A stretch of DNA of 64,000 bases. Source: Candidatus Margulisiibacteriota bacterium. GTDB taxonomy: Bacteria; Margulisbacteria; WOR-1; O2-12-FULL-45-9. The stretch spans positions 41,375 through 105,374 of the forward strand of contig JAYEOW010000004.1 of assembly GCA_034723395.1 (NCBI GenBank), in the 5' to 3' direction. Position 1 is the stretch's first letter, and every line of letters begins with the position of its first letter. The notes below the pieces were generated by a model. That model saw only the letters and a program-made list of their open reading frames with translations, had not been told where the DNA came from and did no database searches. Positions 59,539-64,000 of this stretch are shown here, in pieces. Position numbers and translations under genes: made by a program.

Positions 59539-60729
59539 CTATTCGGGCATATTCGGAACCAGAACAAACAACAATCCTGCCGCAATTATAGCCAATACCG
59601 CCCCGTATGAAAAGGCGATCATTGGGCCATTCACTTTTCCGAAAACATCCCAAAGGATGCCGGCAACCAGGGAAGCCGGCAGGTCCATGATCCCGATCAG
59701 CATATAATAAAAACCGTAGGCGGTCCCTTTGACTTCTGAAGAAACCATTTCAGGGACCATCGCCCGTGGAATAGTATCGACAATTGCAATTGCCAGTCCA
59801 AAAATAATGAATAAAATCCAAGCGTGCGGGATTTTGGACGCAAAAGCAAACCCAAAAAGCATTACACCGAACAATAAGTAACCGATCGATAACAAATTCT
59901 TCTTGCCGAATCGATCCGCTAATTGTCCGGCGGGCATGGCAAAAGCGGCATAAACCAGGTTATAAACCAGATAAATTATCGGGATCAACGGGACAACTAC
60001 CCCCAGGTCTGAAGCTCTTAAAATAAACAAGGCATAGCTAAAATGGGCCAGTTCAAATATCCCGACGACAATAAGAAAACGGATAAACCTCTTGGGAAGC
60101 GCCGCTTTTAGAGAGAACAATTTATTTCTCTGTTCAGCAAACTTGGGCTCTTTTACGTAAAAAATAAGCGTTAGTACCGATAAGATGCCGGGAATAACCG
60201 CGATCCAGAATATCGTCCGGTATTGCAGCAAAGTTTCCATATGGAAGAACTTTGTAAAAACAAAAAGAAATGCAGAGGCTAATAATGTGCCGGCTACGGC
60301 GCCCGAAGTATCCATCATCCGGTGAAAACCGAAAGCTCTCCCCCGTTCATGCGGTCCGGCAGACTCGGCAATGATCGCATCGCGCGGTGAAGTACGAATC
60401 CCCTTCCCTACCCGGTCAAGAAAACGAACCCCCAATACCTGAAACCAGTTTCCAGCAGCTGCGATAAACGGCTTAGTTATCGTCGAGATAGAATAACCGG
60501 CAATCACCAACAATTTTCTTTTTCGGATTTTATCCGAGATCCATCCCGAGAACGTCTTTACTATGCTGGCAGTAAACCCGGCAACCCCCTCGATAAGTCC
60601 AATCGCCGCTTTTCCCGCGCCCAGCGCGGTCAAAAAAAGTGGAAGGATCGCCAAGATCATCTCTGAGCTTACATCCGTCAAAAAACTTACAAACCCAAGC
60701 GCAACTATATTTTTTTTTATTTTACTCAT
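59539..60729 (-). CDS. MFS transporter
   Basis: SGWISDKIRKRK motif A, DRVGKGIRTSPRDA, GRAFGFHR; 12 TM helices. Confidence 0.92.
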   Translation of the reverse strand: MSKIKKNIVALGFVSFLTDVSSEMILAILPLFLTALGAGKAAIGLIEGVAGFTASIVKTFSGWISDKIRKRKLLVIAGYSISTITKPFIAAAGNWFQVLGVRFLDRVGKGIRTSPRDAIIAESAGPHERGRAFGFHRMMDTSGAVAGTLLASAFLFVFTKFFHMETLLQYRTIFWIAVIPGILSVLTLIFYVKEPKFAEQRNKLFSLKAALPKRFIRFLIVVGIFELAHFSYALFILRASDLGVVVPLIPIIYLVYNLVYAAFAMPAGQLADRFGKKNLLSIGYLLFGVMLFGFAFASKIPHAWILFIIFGLAIAIVDTIPRAMVPEMVSSEVKGTAYGFYYMLIGIMDLPASLVAGILWDVFGKVNGPMIAFSYGAVLAIIAAGLLFVLVPNMPE

Positions 60730-61982
60730 TTGATTACTGGAAAAGTTGCATACGCCGTCGGCATAATATAGGCCGAATACTTATCGCCCAACCACTTCTT
60801 CGCCATAGTAAAAGCCTCTTCAAAACTATCCGCCGGCGTGATCCTCATCGTTTTAACAATATCTTCAGGCAACTTCGAGACCCATATGATCTTAAATTTT
60901 TCCGCCTTATAGAAAGTTGCAAACACCGTATGCCCTGGGATAGTAAAGTTGCGATCAAGCTCTTTATGGATCTTATCACCTGATCCCAGCTTGATATATT
61001 TAAGATAAGCATCTGATGGAAAACCTTGTGATGATTCGGCCAGCAAGATCATAACTCCGCCGTCTTTTAATGCAAAATGGGCATTCTCCATCCCTTTATG
61101 CGATTGGACATAATTAACATCCATCCCGCCTCCACCCGCTGCCGCGATTACTAAATCTGCTTTTTTATCGATTTTAACCTTTGCATAATCATTGATAAAT
61201 TTACAACCTTCACGATGGGCCTTGATCATATCTCCGGCAAATATCCCGCAAAACTCTTTGTTCTCATTCAGAACAGTATTTATCAAAAAGTCAGGTTTTA
61301 AAAGCTTGGCCCCCTCCTCCATGTCGAGGGATACAGGATTGTTATCTAATGCGGCCGTGGTACTTTCTGGCTGCATTGAAAGTTTATGGTTAGCTTGAAT
61401 GGTTTCAAAACCAGCGATTCCGGGAAGGATCCCTTTTCTCCCTCCACCAAAACCGGCAAAATAGTGATAAGTGATGCTTCCGGTGATGATTTTTTTATCG
61501 GCATCGAACACCCTTTTATTTATCTTAACCGGAGTCCCGCGCGAAGTTCTCCCCAGATCGACCAGCATCAATTCATCCCGGCAATCGTGATCGAAAAATT
61601 TAATCCTCGAAGCAATCTCTTCCCCGACTATTTTCCTTTGCTGTTCGGGAGTTTGGGGGATATGAGTCCCATTCCCAAAAACGATAAAAATATCTTTGTC
61701 CGGAATCTCTAGATCATTAAGTTTATTAATTAGGACCGGGAGAAAAATATCCGCACTGGTCGATCGGGTATAATCCGAAACTACGATCGCTACCGTTTCT
61801 CTTTTTTTAACAATTTTCGATAGCGGTTTTGAACCGGCCGGATTCTCAAACGCTTTAAGGATCTCCTCAGCGGGATTTTCCAGTGGTGCCATGTGCTTAC
61901 CGGAGAGAACACCAGTAATATTTTCATCAGGAATCGATATTTTTACTTTTCCTGAGCCATATTTTAGATCAAGTGACTTCAT
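60726..61982 (-). CDS. larA: Nickel-pincer-dependent lactate racemase family protein
   Basis: SDYTR, GNGTH, DHDC, GRTSRGTPV, HYFAGFGGGRK, ANH, QSHK. Confidence 0.85.
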   Translation of the reverse strand: MKSLDLKYGSGKVKISIPDENITGVLSGKHMAPLENPAEEILKAFENPAGSKPLSKIVKKRETVAIVVSDYTRSTSADIFLPVLINKLNDLEIPDKDIFIVFGNGTHIPQTPEQQRKIVGEEIASRIKFFDHDCRDELMLVDLGRTSRGTPVKINKRVFDADKKIITGSITYHYFAGFGGGRKGILPGIAGFETIQANHKLSMQPESTTAALDNNPVSLDMEEGAKLLKPDFLINTVLNENKEFCGIFAGDMIKAHREGCKFINDYAKVKIDKKADLVIAAAGGGGMDVNYVQSHKGMENAHFALKDGGVMILLAESSQGFPSDAYLKYIKLGSGDKIHKELDRNFTIPGHTVFATFYKAEKFKIIWVSKLPEDIVKTMRITPADSFEEAFTMAKKWLGDKYSAYIMPTAYATFPVIK

Positions 61983-62916
61983 ACAGCTCCTTAATTAATT
62001 CACTCCAATAACCCTTTGTCCCCGCCTTGGGAAAATGGTTGTGAAAGTCGGGTTCTTTGCTCTGGACGGCAAGCCAGGAAGCATAGTGGATAATCCGCAT
62101 TCCGCGAAGAACAGGAATTAGGTTAAACGAGGCCTTATCGAACGGCCGGAAGGTCTTATACCCCTTCAAGAACCATTCCAGTTCTTTTTCACATTTATCC
62201 GGAGCATCGGGGAGAAGCATCCAGACATCCTGGACCGGCGAACCTAAACAGATATCGTCAAAATCGACGACAAAGATCCCTTCATTCGGGCGATGGATCA
62301 GGTTCCCCTTATGGCAGTCGCCGTGAAGGAGAATGAACTCCTGGCCCTTAAATAACGGTTCCGCCTTTTTCACAAACATTTCCGCCGCTGTTTGAAAAGA
62401 TTTTTTAAATTCGGGAAGGACATAATCTGACTTGGAAAGAGCTTCTAAATGGTGTTTGGTGACAGTAGATGGGCGCCAAACGATCCTTTTCGATTTTTTA
62501 TGCGTTGCTCCAACCAGATGAACTCTCGCCAAAAGCCTTCCGATCTCTTCCCATGAATCCTTATCAAACTCATCCAGGGCCCTCCCCCCTTTTTTCGGGA
62601 AGATGGCAAAGTGAAATTTTTCTACGTCAAATAAAGTTTTATCCCCGAACTGCAGCGGCCGAATAACCGGGACCTCTTTATCGTACAATTCATAAAGAAA
62701 TTTATGCTCTTCGTAGATCATCCCTTTGGTCCAACGGCCGGGCCGATAATATTTAACGATAAACCTTTCCTGCGGATCATTTTTTTCTAATTCGTACACG
62801 CGGTTAATATAACTATTTCTTCGCAGAATAAGATTGCTTAGTTTTTCTTCCATGACCTCCTCTACCGAGGTCAGAATAGAATCGTGGTTCAACGATTGCC
62901 AAACGGTTTTAGGCAT
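61969..62916 (-). CDS. srkA: Stress-response Ser/Thr kinase SrkA/RdoA (YihE)
   Basis: Start ATG 62916; NSYINRVY, KYYRPGRW, EEH, LHGDCHKGN, DFDD, VQDVWM. Confidence 0.87.
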   Translation of the reverse strand: MPKTVWQSLNHDSILTSVEEVMEEKLSNLILRRNSYINRVYELEKNDPQERFIVKYYRPGRWTKGMIYEEHKFLYELYDKEVPVIRPLQFGDKTLFDVEKFHFAIFPKKGGRALDEFDKDSWEEIGRLLARVHLVGATHKKSKRIVWRPSTVTKHHLEALSKSDYVLPEFKKSFQTAAEMFVKKAEPLFKGQEFILLHGDCHKGNLIHRPNEGIFVVDFDDICLGSPVQDVWMLLPDAPDKCEKELEWFLKGYKTFRPFDKASFNLIPVLRGMRIIHYASWLAVQSKEPDFHNHFPKAGTKGYWSELIKELYEVT

Positions 62917-62933
62917 GGCTGTTATTATAACAC

Positions 62934-63043
62934 AGCCCTCACCCAAGCATTCACTGGCTAACGGTGTTTCAATTTCTCCCTCTCCCACTGGGAGAGGGAC
63001 GATACGAATGATTTAGCAACGGGGAAAACTCAGGGTGAGGGCT
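62934..63043. repeat. Palindromic MITE/REP-like element (AGCCCTCACCC...CCCTCTCCC/GGGAGAGGG...GGGTGAGGGCT)
   Basis: 11-bp terminal inverted repeats and a central hairpin; same architecture as 19747-19848. Confidence 0.75.
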
Positions 63044-63047
63044 ATGA

Positions 63048-63614
63048 TTATTTCCTCTTCCTAACCGAATGCCCAAAATGCCCGAGGTATTTTCCGAGCG
63101 CATAATAGTTGCGATGTGAATAAGCAATCGGCTCAGCCTTTCGAAGATCATAACTCCCATCTTTCCTCATATTCTCTTCGCTGGCATGGACACAAAGGAC
63201 CTTCGCCATAAACATATCGTGGGAGCCGAGTGATTTTATTTCGGTTACTGCGCACTCAATATTGATCGGGCTCTCCTCGATCAATGGCGCTTTAACATGC
63301 TTCCCCCTAACTGGAGTAAGCTTTAATCTTTCGAATTTATCAACTTCCCTACCAGACTTCACTCCGCAAAAATCGGTCGCAAAGGCCAGTTTAGTAGTTG
63401 TTAAATTGATCACGAACTCGCCAGTCCGTTTGATTATTGCGTGAGAATGACGTGAAGGGCGTACCGAAACGTAAGTCATCGGCGGCTCGGAATTGATCGT
63501 CCCCGTCCAGGCAATAGTAATAATATTATAGTTTTCCGACCCATCTCCGCAGGAGACCATCACCGCGGGGACGGGATAAACCATTGTGCCGGGTTTCCAG
63601 ATAAGTTTGCTCAT
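63048..63614 (-). CDS. Flavin reductase-like (flavoredoxin) protein
   Basis: Start ATG 63614; YPVPAVMV, NIITIAW, GEFVINL, CGVKSGR, PLIEESPINIEC, GSHDMF. Confidence 0.88.
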   Translation of the reverse strand: MSKLIWKPGTMVYPVPAVMVSCGDGSENYNIITIAWTGTINSEPPMTYVSVRPSRHSHAIIKRTGEFVINLTTTKLAFATDFCGVKSGREVDKFERLKLTPVRGKHVKAPLIEESPINIECAVTEIKSLGSHDMFMAKVLCVHASEENMRKDGSYDLRKAEPIAYSHRNYYALGKYLGHFGHSVRKRK

Positions 63615-63626
63615 GATAAAGGAAAA

Positions 63627-63699
63627 TGCGCCGCGAAGGAATCGAACCTTCAACCTTGACATTAAGAGTGTCCTGCTCTGCCAATTGAGCTAGCGGCGC
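63627..63699 (-). tRNA. tRNA-Lys(CTT), CCA not encoded
   Basis: GCGCCGC acceptor stem, D-loop AATTGGCA, anticodon loop CT-CTT-AA, GGTTCGATTCC T-arm. Confidence 0.93.
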
Positions 63700-63700
63700 C

Positions 63701-63776
63701 TGGAGCGGGAGAAGGGACTCGAACCCTCGACATCCACCTTGGAAGGGTGGAGCTCTACCAGCTGAGCTACTCCCGC
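63701..63776 (-). tRNA. tRNA-Gly(TCC), CCA encoded
   Basis: GCGGGAG acceptor stem, CCACC-CT-TCC-AA-GGTGG anticodon arm, GGTTCGAGTCC, ...TCCA. Confidence 0.96.
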
Positions 63777-64000
63777 ACTTCGACTCGCTTCGCTCGCTCA
63801 GTGCTCGCAAGCAAAGCATCGATTCATTTCATTCACTCCAAAAAGTCCCGAGCGAATGAAATGAGCCGAGGGACTACTCCCGCACTTCGACTCGCTTCGC
63901 TCGCTCAGTGCTCGCAAGCAAAGCATCGATTCATTTCATTCACTCCAAAAAGTCCCGAGCGAATGAAATGAGCCGAGGGACTACTCCCGCACTTCGACTC
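63767..64000. repeat. Exact 107-bp tandem repeat (at least 2.2 copies) containing the first 10 nt of tRNA-Gly
   Basis: CTACTCCCGC recurs at 63767, 63874 and 63981 with identical intervening sequence; continues past the window end. Confidence 0.92.

Noticed and set aside
62917..63160. srkA N-terminal extension and 63-aa ORF 62969-63160
   Set aside because: They are read-through translations of the palindromic repeat element.
63526..63971. ORFs 63526-63819 and 63747-63971
   Set aside because: They overlap the tRNA genes and the tandem repeat; spurious.
63767..64000. CRISPR array
   Set aside because: Units are identical over 107 bp with no variable spacers, and no cas genes are present.

Overview
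Gene-dense chromosomal window of a diderm (LPS-producing) bacterium of moderate GC. The TIGR03492-like LpxB relative, RRM protein, FlgD-Ig-tailed secreted protein and heavy CGATCG usage suggest a non-photosynthetic relative of Cyanobacteria such as Saganbacteria/Margulisbacteria (inference only). Contents in order: hisS-(Com-like Zn finger)-aspS; a mixed accessory block (C69 peptidase, TMEM175 channel, RRM + DUF2779 nuclease, redoxin, cyclophilin, SixA, MscS); a MarR-TolC-RND operon; thrC; a ~17 kb lipid A/LPS glycosylation cluster; rpmE-prfA-prmC; HD-GYP, MTA/SAH salvage and PAS genes; a pur cluster with two tandem purF paralogs; proS; LarA/MFS/SrkA; tRNA-Lys and tRNA-Gly; and a 107-bp tandem repeat running off the end. 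No CRISPR, prophage or transposase was seen. The most notable unexplained signals are a phage-Mu-Com-like zinc finger overlapping the GTG start of aspS, a ~195-nt rod-shaped ncRNA candidate (6S-like), a shared sigma28-like promoter motif in front of orphan loci, pervasive near-leaderless TGnTATAAT promoters (one a perfect bidirectional palindrome), HIP1-core CGATCG enrichment, STRR-like heptamers inside genes, a glycosyltransferase apparently starting at ATA, and several REP/MITE-like palindrome families. All assignments come from reading motifs by eye; no searches were run.
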